A stretch of 64,000 nucleotides of DNA, taken from the NCBI GenBank assembly GCA_963747235.1, contig CAVVEU010000024.1:192001-256000 (forward strand), in the 5' to 3' direction. A program made the position numbers and the translations under genes. Origin of the DNA: an uncultured Candidatus Rokubacteria bacterium (lineage in GTDB: Bacteria > Methylomirabilota > Methylomirabilia > Rokubacteriales > CSP1-6). Below the pieces are notes generated by a model. It had not been told where the DNA came from. It worked only from the letters and a program-made list of their open reading frames with translations, and searched no databases. How positions within the stretch are numbered: the stretch's first letter is position 1; each line of letters begins with the position of its first letter. Below, one piece after another: positions 32,754 to 44,016 of the stretch.

Positions 32754-34661
32754 CGGACGGGGAGCTCCGAGGCGGCCTGTGGATCGATCCGGCGGAGCAG
32801 CTCCATCTGCTGCCGGGCCAGGTCGCCGCGGCCGGCGCCCTGGTAGGCCTGGACGAGCCAGAAGTGGGCGGGCACCGCGGAGGGATCCAGGGCGGCCGCG
32901 CGCCGGAGGGCGAAGATCGCGTCGCCCGGGTGCCCCCGCTCGACCAGTGCCCGCCCCAGCAGCATGAGCGTCCCGGGGTCGTCTTCCACGAGAGCAACGG
33001 CCATCGCGAGCGGGGCGGAGGCCGGCCCGCCCGATGCTGCGGGGGCTGCGGGTGGCAGGCCCCGGGCCTGGAGCAGGAGCGGCACCGCATCCTCGAGCCG
33101 GCCCTGGAGCAGGTACAGCAGGCCGAGCCGTCCCAGGGCGTTTCGCGACCCCGGCAGGAGCTCGAGGTAGGTCCGGAAGGCTCCTTCCGCGTCGGCGTAC
33201 CGCGTCCGGACCGACAGGAGGGTCCCGAGGTTGAAGTAGGGGATGGGGTTGTCGGGCCGCAGCTCGATGGCGCGGCGCAGGTGCGCCTCGGCCTCGTCGA
33301 GCCGGGCTTGGCCCAGCTCGGCCGTGGTGATCGCGGAGCCCAGGTTCCCGTGGCAGAGGGAGCAGGCCGGGTCCATCTCGACCGCCCACCGCCAGAGGGT
33401 CTCCGAGTCCCGCCAGACCTGGGCCTGGGTCCAGGTGGCGAGGCCCAGCGCCAGGACGACGAGAGCCGCGCCTGCCACGAGCACCGAGACGGTGGTCATC
33501 GTCGCGCGACCCCGCTCCCGGAGACGCAGGACCCCGAGGACTCCCGCGCCGGCCAGCACCGCGAACCCGAGGCCGGAGAGGTAGCTGTAGCGGTCGTTGA
33601 CGAGCTGGCTGCCCGCATGCACGACGCCGCTGATCGGGAGCACCATCAGCGCCGAGTAGGTCCACGCGGTGAGGCCTCCCGGCCATCGGGCCCGCGCGAG
33701 GACGAGGACCGCGGTCACGCCGGTGACGCCCAGCAGGGCGGGGAGAAAGGGCCAGCTCGCGAGGTCGACCCGGGCGGGCAGCTCGTACATCGGGGAGAGC
33801 CGAACCGGCAAGAGGAATTTGGCCGGATAGAAGAGGAAGCTGTAGGCAACCATGCCGATACGGGCGGCCACGCCGTACGATTCGTACGAGGTCACGCCGG
33901 CGCCGCGGGGGAGGGCAATCAGCGCCACCACTGCCGCGGCCGCGGCCAGCGCCGCGTACGGGATCTTCTCGAGAACCAGCCGTTTCCAACCGGCGCTCCA
34001 CCGCCGGAGCGGGTAGGAATCCAGCAGGAGCAGGATCGCGGGCAGGGGCATGGCGGCCGCCTTCGACAGGAGGGCCGCTGCGAAGGCCAGCCAGGGACAG
34101 CGCCTGCCAGATCGACCGCGGACGACCTTCTCGGTCGAGGCCCTTGAGATATGCCAGGACGGCGAGCAGGAAGAACAGCCCGCAGAGCACATCGCGCCGC
34201 TCGGTGATCCACGCCACCGATTCGACGCGCAGCGGGTGAAGGCCCCACACCAGAGCCGCGAACGCCCCGGCCACCGCGATGGAGCCGGTCGTGTGCCCAT
34301 CCCGGGAGCCGCCGCCCTGCGCCGCGGCGAGAAGGCGGCGGGCAATCAGATACACGAGCGTCGTGTTGGCGGCATGCAGGAGCAGGTTCCCGAGGTGGTA
34401 ACCCCAGGGGTTCATTCCGCCGAGGGCGTAGTTCAGCCCGAAGCTCAGCCAGGTCACCGGGATGTAGTGGCCCATGAGGGTGGCGCCCAGCATCCACTTG
34501 ATCTGCGGCCAGCCCAGGCCACGGTAGTGGGGGTTCGCCACGAAGTTGACCGAGTCGTCCCAGTTGAGAAATTCTCCACGCAGCGCCGGAAGGAACACGG
34601 CGCCGGTGATGAGGAAGACCAGGGGCGGCAGGAGCAGACGGAGACGTCCGGGGAGCCTCAT
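32750..34661 (-). CDS. TMTC-like GT-C + TPR protein, copy 4 (indel near 34090)
   Basis: LNWDD, GHYIPVTW, HPLRVESVAW, NDRYSYL, CSLCH, TPRs. Confidence 0.8.
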
Positions 34662-36406
34662 GGCCGCGGCGATGGGCCGGCGGAGACGACCCGCGCCTCG
34701 GCGAGGAGCATCTCGGCTTCGCCGCCCCGCCCCTGCGCCTGGAGCCCCTGGGCCTGACCTTCGAGGGCCTGGACCAGATAGCGTCGCAGGTCAGGGGTCC
34801 CGGGCTTCAGGACGAACGCGGTCCGCAGGAGCGGCACGGCCGGCTCGTAGCGACCCTGCAGCAGGTACACCAGGCCCAGGCGCTCGGGGCCGGAGACGGA
34901 CCAGGGCGCGCGCTCCATGAAGGCGCGGAGGGGCGCCTCCGCGTCGGCATACCGCCCCTGGAGCACGAGGGCCGTCCCGAGGTTGTAGTACGCGTCGGGG
35001 AGATCCGGCCGCAAGGCGATGGCGCGGCGGAACAGCCCCTCCGCCTCCGCGGCCCGCGTCTGGCCCCCCGGCCCGCCGAGGGCACTCTCTCCGAGCTTGC
35101 CGTGGCAGACGCTGCAGCTCCGGATCCACCTCGACCGCCCAGCGCCACAGGGTCTCTGACTCCCTCCAGACCAGGCCGTAGCTCCACGTGGTGACACCGA
35201 GCCCCACGATCGCGATGAGGCCCGCGACCGCGACGGCACCATCCCATCGAACGGGTCAGCGCTCCCTCCCGGACGAGCCGGATCAGGCCGAGCACCCCAC
35301 CACCAACGAGCACCGCGAAGCCCATGCCGGAGAGATAGGTGTAGCGGTCGGGCGACAGGTCGACACCCTGCCGCACCACCGCGCTCGTCGGGGCAAGCAT
35401 GAGCACCGAGAACGTCCAGGCGGCCAGCCCGCCGGGCCATCGTGCGCGCAGCCCGATCAGCACCGCGGTGACGAGAACCACGCCGGCCAGGGCCAGGGCG
35501 AACCTGGGCTCGAGCGGACTGATCCGCGCCGGCATCTCGTAGAGCGGCGACAGGGCGGCCGGCCAGATCACCCGGAACGGGGCGATGAGGAAGCTGTAGG
35601 CGGCCGCCGCGAGCCGGGCGAAGCCACCGTGCTCGGAGATCTGGGTGAGGACCGCGCCCTGGCGGACCGCGTAGATCGACGGCTCCCGCCCCCGCGAGCG
35701 TGACCAGCAGGAGCGGCAGCTTCTCCCGCACCAGGGGCCGGACGCCGAGCCGGCGGAGTCGGCGAAGCGGGTAGACGTCGAGGAGGAGCAGCGCCCCCAC
35801 GAACGGCAGCGCGGCTCCCTTGGAGAGCAGGGCGGCTGCGAGCGTGAGGGAGGCGACGAGGATGAGTCCACGACGGGCAGGTCCCCCGGTCTCGACCGCG
35901 CGGAGATAGACCCACGTCGTGAGGAGCACGAAGGTGGCGCAGAGCAGGTCGGCGCGACCGGTGATCCAGGCCACCGGCTCGACCCGGAGCGGATGAACGC
36001 CCCACACCAGCGCGGCGACCGCGGCGGCCGCGCAAAGGTCGGGTCCGCGCCGTCCGGCTTGGCCTCCATCGGCGATCGCGGCGGCCAGGAGCCGCCGGGC
36101 CACGAAGTAGAAGAGGACGGCATTGCCCGTGTGCAGCAGCACGTTCACCAGGTGATAGCCCCAGGGGTTCATCCCGCCCAGGACCCAGTTGAGGCTCCAG
36201 GTGAGGCGGGTCAGCGGGATGTAGTGGCCGAAGGCCACGCTCGTGAAGGCCCAGCGGACATGCTCGGGGCCGAGCCCACGATAGGCGGGATTCTCGAGGA
36301 AGTTCACGTTGTCGTCCCAGTTGAGGAACGAGCCGGACAGCGTGGGCAGGAAGGCCGCCGCGGTCAGGATGGCGACGGCGAGCGGGACGAGCCCGCGGCG
36401 GATCAT
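34658..36406 (-). CDS. TMTC-like GT-C + TPR protein, copy 5 (internal compensating indels)
   Basis: LNWDD, GHYIPLT, HPLRVEPVAW; PDRYTYL in an alternate frame; CSVCH, TPRs. Confidence 0.78.
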   Translation of the reverse strand: MIRRGLVPLAVAILTAAAFLPTLSGSFLNWDDNVNFLENPAYRGLGPEHVRWAFTSVAFGHYIPLTRLTWSLNWVLGGMNPWGYHLVNVLLHTGNAVLFYFVARRLLAAAIADGGQAGRRGPDLCAAAAVAALVWGVHPLRVEPVAWITGRADLLCATFVLLTTWVYLRAVETGGPARRGLILVASLTLAAALLSKGAALPFVGALLLLDVYPLRRLRRLGVRPLVREKLPLLLVTLAGAGAVDLRGPPGRGPHPDLRARWLRPARGGRLQLPHRPVPGDLAGRPVAALRDAGADQSARAQVRPGPGRRGSRHRGADRAARTMARRAGRLDVLGAHACPDERGGAAGCRPVARPLHLSLRHGLRGARWWWGARPDPARPGGSADPFDGMVPSRSRASSRSWGSVSPRGATAWSGGSQRPCGAGRSRWIRSCSVCHGKLGESALGGPGGQTRAAEAEGLFRRAIALRPDLPDAYYNLGTALVLQGRYADAEAPLRAFMERAPWSVSGPERLGLVYLLQGRYEPAVPLLRTAFVLKPGTPDLRRYLVQALEGQAQGLQAQGRGGEAEMLLAEARVVSAGPSPRP

Positions 36407-38292
36407 CGGAGCTTGGGCGGCCGCCCGGGGTCGGCCCGGAACTGCGCGAGCAGCCGCTCGGCCTCCGCGTCCCCGGGCCGAAGCGCGGCCGCCCGCTCCA
36501 GGTGCGCACCCGCCGCGTCGGTCCGCCCGCGCTCCCAGAGCGCGAGGCCGAGGTTGCGATGGATCTCGGGATCGTCGGGGGTGAGGTCGAGCGCCTCCCG
36601 GAAGAGCTCCTCGGCCTCGGGGAAGTGGCCCGCGCGCGTCTGCACGATCCCGTCGTTGCGCAGCGCCAGCACCAGGTGGGCCCGGAGCCCTGCGTGCTCG
36701 GGAGATTTCGCAAACGCGGCGCGCAGCAGCGCCACCGCTTCGGCATGCCGACCGCCTCGCGCGTACAGGATCCCCAGGTTGACCAGCGGCGTGACACGGT
36801 CGGGAGCCAGCTGGATCGCCCGGCGGAACGCCGCCTCCGCTTCCTGGTCCGCATGCCGCTGGGCCAGAACGATCCCCAGCGTGTTGTAGGAGCTATCGTG
36901 GGTCGGGTCGATGGACAGAGCGTACCGGGCCAGCTGTTCCGCTTCCCGCAGCCGCGCGGCATTGTCGGAGTCGACGAGGAGCGCCGCGAGGTTGTCGGCG
37001 CAGATCGCGCAGCGGGGGTCCGCCTCCACGCCCCAGCGCCAGAGCGTCTCCGAGTCCAGCCAGACACGGCTCTGCTGCCAGCTCCCGACTCCGAGGGCGG
37101 CCACGCCGAGGGCCGCGACGCCGAGGGCCCCCGCCGCCACCGGGCGGCTCACGCGCCGATCTCCGGTGGCGCGCAGGATCCACGCGATTGCCCCTCCGGC
37201 CACCAGCGCGAAGCCGAGTCCCGAGAGATAGCTGTAGCGGTCGTGCGCCAGCTGGAAGCCGGCGTGCACGACCCCACTGATCGGCAGGAGCATCATGGCG
37301 GAGTACACCCAGGCCGCCAGGCCACCGGGCCACCGCTTCCGCAGGAGTACGAGCAGGGTGGTGACCGCGACGAGCCCGAGGACCGGGAGCAGGAATCTCG
37401 GGGAGAGCGGGTCGAGCCGGGCGGGCAACTCGTACATGGGCGAGAGGCGGACCGGCCAGGCCCACGTGGAGGGGTAGAACCAGAAGCTATAGGCCACCAT
37501 CGTCACGCGAGCTTCCGGGCCGTAAGCGGCGTACGGCGTGATGCGCAGCCCGGACAGGCGGAGCGCGACCAGCGCCCCGACCGCGCCGGCCAGCGCCAGC
37601 GCCCAGTACCCCGCTTTCTCGACGACGAGCCGCCGCCACGTGAAGGCGTTGCGCCGCAGCGGGTAGACGTCGAGCAGCACGAGCACGGCGGGCAGCGTCA
37701 TCACCGAGGCCTTGGACAGGAGGCCCGCCGTGAACAGCAAGAGGGAATACGTCCGCCAGCGGGGCTCGAGGCGCTCGCCCGCCTCCACGCCCCGCAGGTA
37801 GGCGAGGATCGCGGCGAGAAAGAAGAGCCCGCTGAGCACGTCACGCCGCTCGGTGATCCACGCCACCGACTCGACGCGCAGCGGGTGCAGCGCGAACACC
37901 AGCGCCGCGGTGGCCGCGCCCGCGACCAGGAGCGCCTCCCGGTGCGCCGTCTGCCGCCCTCCGTCGCGGGCGGCCGCGAGCAGGCGTCGCGCGACGAGAT
38001 AGAACAGGATGGCGTTCGCGGCATGAATGAGCAGGCTGACGAGGTGATAGCCCCACGGGTTCATGCCTCCCGCGACGTAGTTCGCGGAGAGGCTGAGCCA
38101 GGTGAGGGGGATGTAGTGCCCCATCCGCACATTGCTGAACGCCCACCGGATCTGCGCCCATCCGAGCCCGCGGTACGACTCGTTCGTCAGGAAGTTGACA
38201 TCGTCGTCCCAGGTCAGGAACTTGCCGTCGAGCGCGGGCAGGAACGCCACGACGCTCAGGATGCCGATCACGAGGGCGAGCAGGCGGCGCAT
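36403..38292 (-). CDS. TMTC-like GT-C + TPR protein, copy 6
   Basis: MRRLLALV start, LTWDD, HPLRVESVAW, HDRYSYL, CAIC, TPRs. Confidence 0.82.
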   Translation of the reverse strand: MRRLLALVIGILSVVAFLPALDGKFLTWDDDVNFLTNESYRGLGWAQIRWAFSNVRMGHYIPLTWLSLSANYVAGGMNPWGYHLVSLLIHAANAILFYLVARRLLAAARDGGRQTAHREALLVAGAATAALVFALHPLRVESVAWITERRDVLSGLFFLAAILAYLRGVEAGERLEPRWRTYSLLLFTAGLLSKASVMTLPAVLVLLDVYPLRRNAFTWRRLVVEKAGYWALALAGAVGALVALRLSGLRITPYAAYGPEARVTMVAYSFWFYPSTWAWPVRLSPMYELPARLDPLSPRFLLPVLGLVAVTTLLVLLRKRWPGGLAAWVYSAMMLLPISGVVHAGFQLAHDRYSYLSGLGFALVAGGAIAWILRATGDRRVSRPVAAGALGVAALGVAALGVGSWQQSRVWLDSETLWRWGVEADPRCAICADNLAALLVDSDNAARLREAEQLARYALSIDPTHDSSYNTLGIVLAQRHADQEAEAAFRRAIQLAPDRVTPLVNLGILYARGGRHAEAVALLRAAFAKSPEHAGLRAHLVLALRNDGIVQTRAGHFPEAEELFREALDLTPDDPEIHRNLGLALWERGRTDAAGAHLERAAALRPGDAEAERLLAQFRADPGRPPKLR

Positions 38293-38303
38293 GCGCGAGG
38301 GGC

Positions 38304-38928
38304 CTATCGGTCCGGGGCCATGCCGAGGAAGGCTCGCGTCGCGGCCTCGGGATCCGGTGCCGCGCATACGGCGGAGATCACGGCGACCGCGTCCGCCCCC
38401 GCGGTGAGTACCGCCCGCGCGTTGTCCGCGGTGATGCCCCCGATCCCCACGAGCGGAACCGGGACTTCCGGCCGCACCCGACGGATCAGCTCCGGCCCCA
38501 CCAGCTGGAAGCCGGCCTTCGTCGTGGTCGGATAGATGCTGCCCACCGCGACGTAGTCGGCGCCGTCCGCCACTGCGCTGCCGCGCCTGCTCGGGGTCGT
38601 GGGTCGACACCCCCAGGATCATCCCGGGCCGCAGGATCTGGCGGGCCCGGCGCGCGGGCAGATCGTCCTGGCCCACGTGAAGTCCGTCGGCGCCCGCGGC
38701 CAGCGCGAGGTCGGCCCGGTCGTTCACGATGAAGAGCGCGCCGACCTCACGGCATCGCCGCGCGAGCTGCCGCGCGAGCGGCAGGAGCTCGGCGAGCGGC
38801 ATGGTCTTCTCGCGGAGCTGGATGAGCCGGCCGCCGCCGCCCAGGACCGCGTCCAGCAGGGCGGGCAGATCGCGGCCGCGAGCGACCGACCGGTCGAGGA
38901 TCGCGTACAGCGGCGAGGGGAGCCGCAC
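38304..38928 (-). CDS. thiE: Thiamine-phosphate synthase (indel near 38575)
   Basis: QLREK, IVNDRAD, GLHVGQDD, STH, IYPTTTK, IGGI, AVISA. Confidence 0.88.
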
Positions 38929-38938
38929 CGCGGCGCCC

Positions 38939-40273
38939 CTAGAGGTTCTGCTCGAGCCGGGCCAGCGTTGATCCGCCCGCCACGAACGCCGGGTCGGCCA
39001 GCAGCTTCAGGTGATAGGGGATCGTGGTCTTGATGCCCTCGACGACCGTCTCGTGGAGTGCCCGCTGCATGCGGGCGATCGCCTCGTTGCGATCGCGACC
39101 GTGGACGATGATCTTGGCGATGAGCGAGTCGTAGTAGGGCGGCACCATGTAGCCGGTCATCATGTGGCTGTCCACGCGGACCCCGGGTCCGCCCGGGGCG
39201 ATCCAGGCGGTCACGCGGCCCGGGGAGGGAATGAAGTGCTCGGGATCCTCCGCGTTGATGCGGCACTCGATGGCGTGGCCGGTGAAGGTCACCGCGCTCT
39301 GCTTGTACCCGAGCGCCTCCCCGGAGGCGATCCGGATCTGCTCGCGGACGATGTCGATGCCGGTGATCATCTCGGTCACCGGGTGCTCGACCTGGATGCG
39401 GGTATTCATCTCGATGAAGTAGAACTGCCCCTCCCGGTCCACCAGGAACTCCACCGTGCCCGCCGACACGTAGTTGACCGCGTTCGACACCGCGAGCGCC
39501 GACTTGTGGAGGCCGGCGCGGGTCTCCGGCGCGAGCGCGGGCGCGGGACCCTCCTCGAGGAGCTTCTGATGCCGGCGCTGCACGGAGCAATCGCGCTCGC
39601 CCAGGTGCAGGCGCATGCCGTTCTTGTCTCCGAGCACCTGCACTTCCACGTGCCGGGCGTCTTCCACGAACTTCTCGAGGTAGAGCTCGGAGGATCCGAA
39701 CGCGGCGCCCGCCTCGGCCTGGCACGTCGTGTAGGCGCGGGCCAGCGCCTCCCGCTCGCGCACGATGCGCATCCCGCGTCCGCCGCCTCCCGCCGCCGCC
39801 TTGACGATGACCGGATACCCCATCGAGTCCGCGAGGGCCTGCGCCTCGTCCACACCGGCCAGCGGCCCCTCGCTGCCCGGGACCACCGGCGCGCCCGCGT
39901 GCTTGGCCATCTCCCGGGCCTGGGCCTTGTCGCCCATGAGGCGGATGGCCTCGGGGGACGGGCCGATGAAGGTGATGCCGCACGCGCGGCAGATCTCCGC
40001 GAAGGCGGAGTTCTCGGCGAGGAGGCCGTAGCCGGGATGGATCGCCTCGCTGTCGGTGATCGCGGCCGCCGAGATGATGCTCGGGATGTTGAGGTAGCTG
40101 AGGCGCGCCTCGGGCGGGCCGATGCAGACGGACTCGTCGGCCAGGCGCACCGGCAGGGAGTCGGCGTCGGCGGTGGAGTGGGCGATCACGGTGCGGATTC
40201 CCATCTCGCGGCACGCCCGGATGACCCGGAGCGCGATCTCGCCCCGGTTGGCGATGAGGATCTTGTGGAACAT
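38939..40273 (-). CDS. accC: Biotin carboxylase
   Basis: ILIANRGEIA, HPGYG, GGGGRGM, EMNTRIQVEH, YYDS. Confidence 0.95.
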   Translation of the reverse strand: MFHKILIANRGEIALRVIRACREMGIRTVIAHSTADADSLPVRLADESVCIGPPEARLSYLNIPSIISAAAITDSEAIHPGYGLLAENSAFAEICRACGITFIGPSPEAIRLMGDKAQAREMAKHAGAPVVPGSEGPLAGVDEAQALADSMGYPVIVKAAAGGGGRGMRIVREREALARAYTTCQAEAGAAFGSSELYLEKFVEDARHVEVQVLGDKNGMRLHLGERDCSVQRRHQKLLEEGPAPALAPETRAGLHKSALAVSNAVNYVSAGTVEFLVDREGQFYFIEMNTRIQVEHPVTEMITGIDIVREQIRIASGEALGYKQSAVTFTGHAIECRINAEDPEHFIPSPGRVTAWIAPGGPGVRVDSHMMTGYMVPPYYDSLIAKIIVHGRDRNEAIARMQRALHETVVEGIKTTIPYHLKLLADPAFVAGGSTLARLEQNL

Positions 40274-40283
40274 CAGCCGAGGG

Positions 40284-40767
<484 letters not shown>

Positions 40768-40768
40768 G

Positions 40769-41338
40769 CTAGCCCGCCGCCGACACGCGGCCGAGGTACT
40801 CGCCGCTGCGGGTATCGACCTTCACCACGTCGCCCTCGTTGAGGAAGAGCGGCACCTGCACCACCGCGCCGGTCTCGAGGGTGGCGGGCTTGGAGCCGCC
40901 GGAGGCGGTGTCGCCGCGGATGCCGGGATCCGTCTTGGCGATCTGCAGCTCGATGAAGTTCGGCAGCTCCACCGTGACCGGGCTCGCGTCGATGAACAGG
41001 ATCTCCACCTCGGTGTTCTCCTTGAGGAAGTCGCGCGCGTCGCCGACCTCCTCGGCGGACAGGGAGATCTGGTCGTACGTGTCGAGATCCATGAAGTTGT
41101 ACCGATCGTCCTTGTACAGGAACTGCATCCGCTTCTCTTCGAAGTCGACCAGCTCGACCTTCTCGCCCGCGCGGAACGTGTTGTCGATCACCCGCCCGAG
41201 CTTCATGTGCTTGAGCTTGGTACGGACGAACGCGCCGCCCTTGCCGGGCTTGACGTGCTGGAAGTCGACGATCGTGTACGGCGCGCCGTCGAACTGGATC
41301 TTCATGCCCTTCTTGAACTCGGCCGTGGACACCACCAT
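40769..41338 (-). CDS. efp: Translation elongation factor P
   Basis: [27 protein letters not shown]. Confidence 0.95.
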   Translation of the reverse strand: MVVSTAEFKKGMKIQFDGAPYTIVDFQHVKPGKGGAFVRTKLKHMKLGRVIDNTFRAGEKVELVDFEEKRMQFLYKDDRYNFMDLDTYDQISLSAEEVGDARDFLKENTEVEILFIDASPVTVELPNFIELQIAKTDPGIRGDTASGGSKPATLETGAVVQVPLFLNEGDVVKVDTRSGEYLGRVSAAG

Positions 41339-41342
41339 GCGG

Positions 41343-42008
41343 TCAGGACCCTTTCCGTCGTTGAGTCTTGAGTCGGAGCGCCTCTTCGAGGCCCTCCCGG
41401 GCCCGGGCATGGCCCAGGTCGCGAGCGAGCAGACGCAGGAAGATCTGCGCCGCCTCGTCGACCAGCCCCTGCTCGAGGCAGAGCGAGCCGAAGCTCAACG
41501 TCGCGAACGTGTCGTCGGTCAACAGCTGCTTGAGAGCGGAACCCTCCGCAACGGTTCCGCCGGCCCCCAGCACGTCCAGGAGCGCCCGCGACTCGCGATC
41601 ACCCGGATCCAGGCGCACCGCGTGCTCCAGGTGGGAGACCGCGTCCGTGAGAGCGCCGGCCCGACGATACAGGTCGCCGGCCAGCCGATGCGCCTGCGCC
41701 TCCTGCGGGCTGGTCTCGAGGATGGTCCGAACCTCGCTCATCGCCCCGTCCGGGTCCCCGTCGTCCAGCAGGGCCTTGGCCAGGATCAGACGCGCCGTGA
41801 CGTACTGCGGGAACCGCTCGAGACCCTCCCGGCAGAGCCGGATGGCGTCGCGGCTCCGCCCCGTCTTTCGATAGGCGTCGGCCAGGGGCGCGAAGGCCAG
41901 TGACGTGGGGTCCTTGGCCAACCGATCCTCGTATCGACGGATCGCGCTGAGGGTAGCCGGATCATCGGGCGTCAGGGTCCCGCCGATCGGAGAGACCGGG
42001 TTTGCCAT
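41343..42008 (-). CDS. TPR protein
   Basis: [18 protein letters not shown] pattern; position upstream of efp. Confidence 0.75.
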   Translation of the reverse strand: MANPVSPIGGTLTPDDPATLSAIRRYEDRLAKDPTSLAFAPLADAYRKTGRSRDAIRLCREGLERFPQYVTARLILAKALLDDGDPDGAMSEVRTILETSPQEAQAHRLAGDLYRRAGALTDAVSHLEHAVRLDPGDRESRALLDVLGAGGTVAEGSALKQLLTDDTFATLSFGSLCLEQGLVDEAAQIFLRLLARDLGHARAREGLEEALRLKTQRRKGS

Positions 42009-42017
42009 CCACCTTTT

Positions 42018-42046
42018 GTTATACGCGGCAGGGCTTGCTGAGTCAA
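42018..42046 (-). promoter_or_regulatory. sigma70-like promoter for TPR-efp-accBC
   Basis: TTGACT-N17-TATAAC, 9 nt before the ATG. Confidence 0.6.
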
Positions 42047-42112
42047 TCATTCCAGCACCCTGCAACGACTATCGGCTTGGCCGGGATAAGCCGATATGGG
42101 AGATTGAAGGTG

Positions 42113-44008
42113 ATGAATCCGGCTCCGACGGGCGGTCTACGGCCCAGCCTGCGCTGGGTCATTCCGGCTCTCCTGCCTCTGGTGGTGGCTGCGGTGTTCC
42201 CCCTGGCCCTGCTCGGCAAGTTCCAGTGGGATGACTACCCCCTGCTGGTCGACAACCCTGCGTATCGTGGCCTCGCCTGGTCGAATCTGCGGTGGATGTT
42301 CTCGACGAATCTCATGGGCCACTACATGCCCGTCACCTGGATCACCTACGGGCTGGACTATCTCATCTGGGGTCTCGATCCGTTCGGCTACCACCTCACC
42401 AATCTCGCCCTGCACGCCGCCAATGCGATCCTGGTCTACGTCGTGGCGCTTCGCCTCTTCCGCGCCGCCTGGATTCGCTCCCCCGGGGATGGCGCGGATG
42501 TTCTGCGGATCGGCGCCGTGCTCGCGGCCCTGCTCTTCGGGGTCCATCCTCTGCGGGTCGAGTCGGTGGTGTGGATAACGGAGCGACTCGATCTGGCTTG
42601 TGGGTTCTTCTACCTGCTTGCGATTCTGATGTACCTGCGGAGTGTCGAAGCGGAGTCGACCGATGTCGGGCGGTCGCGCACGTACTACTGGGCGGCGGTG
42701 GCTGCATTCGTGCTGGCGCTGCTGTCGAAGTCGATGGCGGTCACGCTTCCGGTGGTCCTCCTGGTGCTCGATGCCTATCCGCTCCGGCGTCTTCGACCGG
42801 GAGTCCGCGGCTGGGCGACCCCCGGGCCGTGGCGCATCTGGCAGGAGAAGGTGCCCTTCGTGCTCGCGGCGGCGCTCGTCAGCGTCGTGGCGTTTCGGGT
42901 GCTCCTGAGCTTCGCGCCGGCGACGTCGTGGGAGCGCCTCGGTCCACTCGAGCGGGTTGCCGTTTCCGCCTACGCGCTTGCGTTCTACCTGCGAAAGACA
43001 CTGCTTCCGCTGGGGCTATCGCCACTCTACGAGCTGTTCCTGCCGGTGCGCCCCTTCGAGGGGCGCTTTCTCCTTAGTGGGGTGGTTGTTCTCCTCATCA
43101 CCGGAGCGGTCTTTGCCTTGAGGAAGCGATGGCCCGGTCTCCTGGCCGTCTGGATCAGCTACGGCGTGATGCTCTTTCCGGTGGTCGGAGTCTTTCACAA
43201 GGGCTATCAGATCGCGGCCGATCGGTACAGCTACTTGCCGGGTATCGGCTGGGCTCTGCTCGCCGGCGGTGCCGTGGTGCTCGCGTTGCGGAGGTTCCCG
43301 GGCGCCCGGCCCGGTCGCCGCGCGCTCGCGGTCATTCTCGTCTTCTCGACGGTTCCGTTGCTGGCGCTAGCGACGTGGAGACAGGTGAAGATCTGGGAAG
43401 ACGGCGTGAGCCTATGGCGTCACGCCGTCCGGATCGAGCCCACATCGCCGATCGCGGTGGCGAACCTCGGCTGGGAGCTTCGCGCTCGCGGGGACCTGGC
43501 CGAGGCGGTCGAGCAATGCCAGCGCGCCCTCCTGCTCAGGCCTGACTACGCGGACGCGCACCTGAATCTGGGACTCGCGATGGCCGCCCAGGGTAGGACC
43601 GCCGAGGCGGAACGGCATCTGCGCCGGGTGATCGAGCTCACACCCCGATCCATCCCGGCTCGATCCGGTCTCGGCTCCCTTCTGGAGGCGCAGGGGCGCC
43701 TGGACGAGGCTATTGCTTACTTTCGCGAGGCCCGCCAGATCGACCCGCGCTCGGCGAAGGCTCGCAACAACCTCGGGGTGGTCCTGGCGCGGAGCGGCCA
43801 GACCGGAGAGGCGCTGGCCGAGTTCTCCGAGGCGGTTCGGCTCGATCCGACCTTCGGCCAGGCGCAGAACAATCTCGGCCTGGCCCTGGCCCACCTGGGC
43901 AGGCTGAGCGAGGCGCGGGATCACTTCCTGGCGGCCATTCGCTCGGAGCCCGGGTTCGAGGAGGCGCATCGGAATCTCACGCAGACGCGGCGTCTCCTGG
44001 GGCGGTAG
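42113..44008 (+). CDS. TMTC-like GT-C + TPR protein, copy 7 (opposite strand to its neighbours)
   Basis: FQWDD, GHYMPVTW, HPLRVESVVW, ADRYSYL, about 5 TPRs; no CxxC. Confidence 0.83.
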   Translation: MNPAPTGGLRPSLRWVIPALLPLVVAAVFPLALLGKFQWDDYPLLVDNPAYRGLAWSNLRWMFSTNLMGHYMPVTWITYGLDYLIWGLDPFGYHLTNLALHAANAILVYVVALRLFRAAWIRSPGDGADVLRIGAVLAALLFGVHPLRVESVVWITERLDLACGFFYLLAILMYLRSVEAESTDVGRSRTYYWAAVAAFVLALLSKSMAVTLPVVLLVLDAYPLRRLRPGVRGWATPGPWRIWQEKVPFVLAAALVSVVAFRVLLSFAPATSWERLGPLERVAVSAYALAFYLRKTLLPLGLSPLYELFLPVRPFEGRFLLSGVVVLLITGAVFALRKRWPGLLAVWISYGVMLFPVVGVFHKGYQIAADRYSYLPGIGWALLAGGAVVLALRRFPGARPGRRALAVILVFSTVPLLALATWRQVKIWEDGVSLWRHAVRIEPTSPIAVANLGWELRARGDLAEAVEQCQRALLLRPDYADAHLNLGLAMAAQGRTAEAERHLRRVIELTPRSIPARSGLGSLLEAQGRLDEAIAYFREARQIDPRSAKARNNLGVVLARSGQTGEALAEFSEAVRLDPTFGQAQNNLGLALAHLGRLSEARDHFLAAIRSEPGFEEAHRNLTQTRRLLGR

Positions 44009-44016
44009 GCGAGGTC

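Noticed and set aside
29332-32967. 1211-aa plus-strand ORF and other long antisense ORFs (e.g. 44747-47362, 57960-60341)
   Set aside because: Shadow ORFs opposite well-supported genes, expected at high GC
36403-38928. Apparent ThiE-TMTC fusion (841 aa ORF)
   Set aside because: An indel near 38575 creates it; the ThiE C-terminus is in another frame ending at 38304, and TMTC copy 6 has its own ATG at 38292
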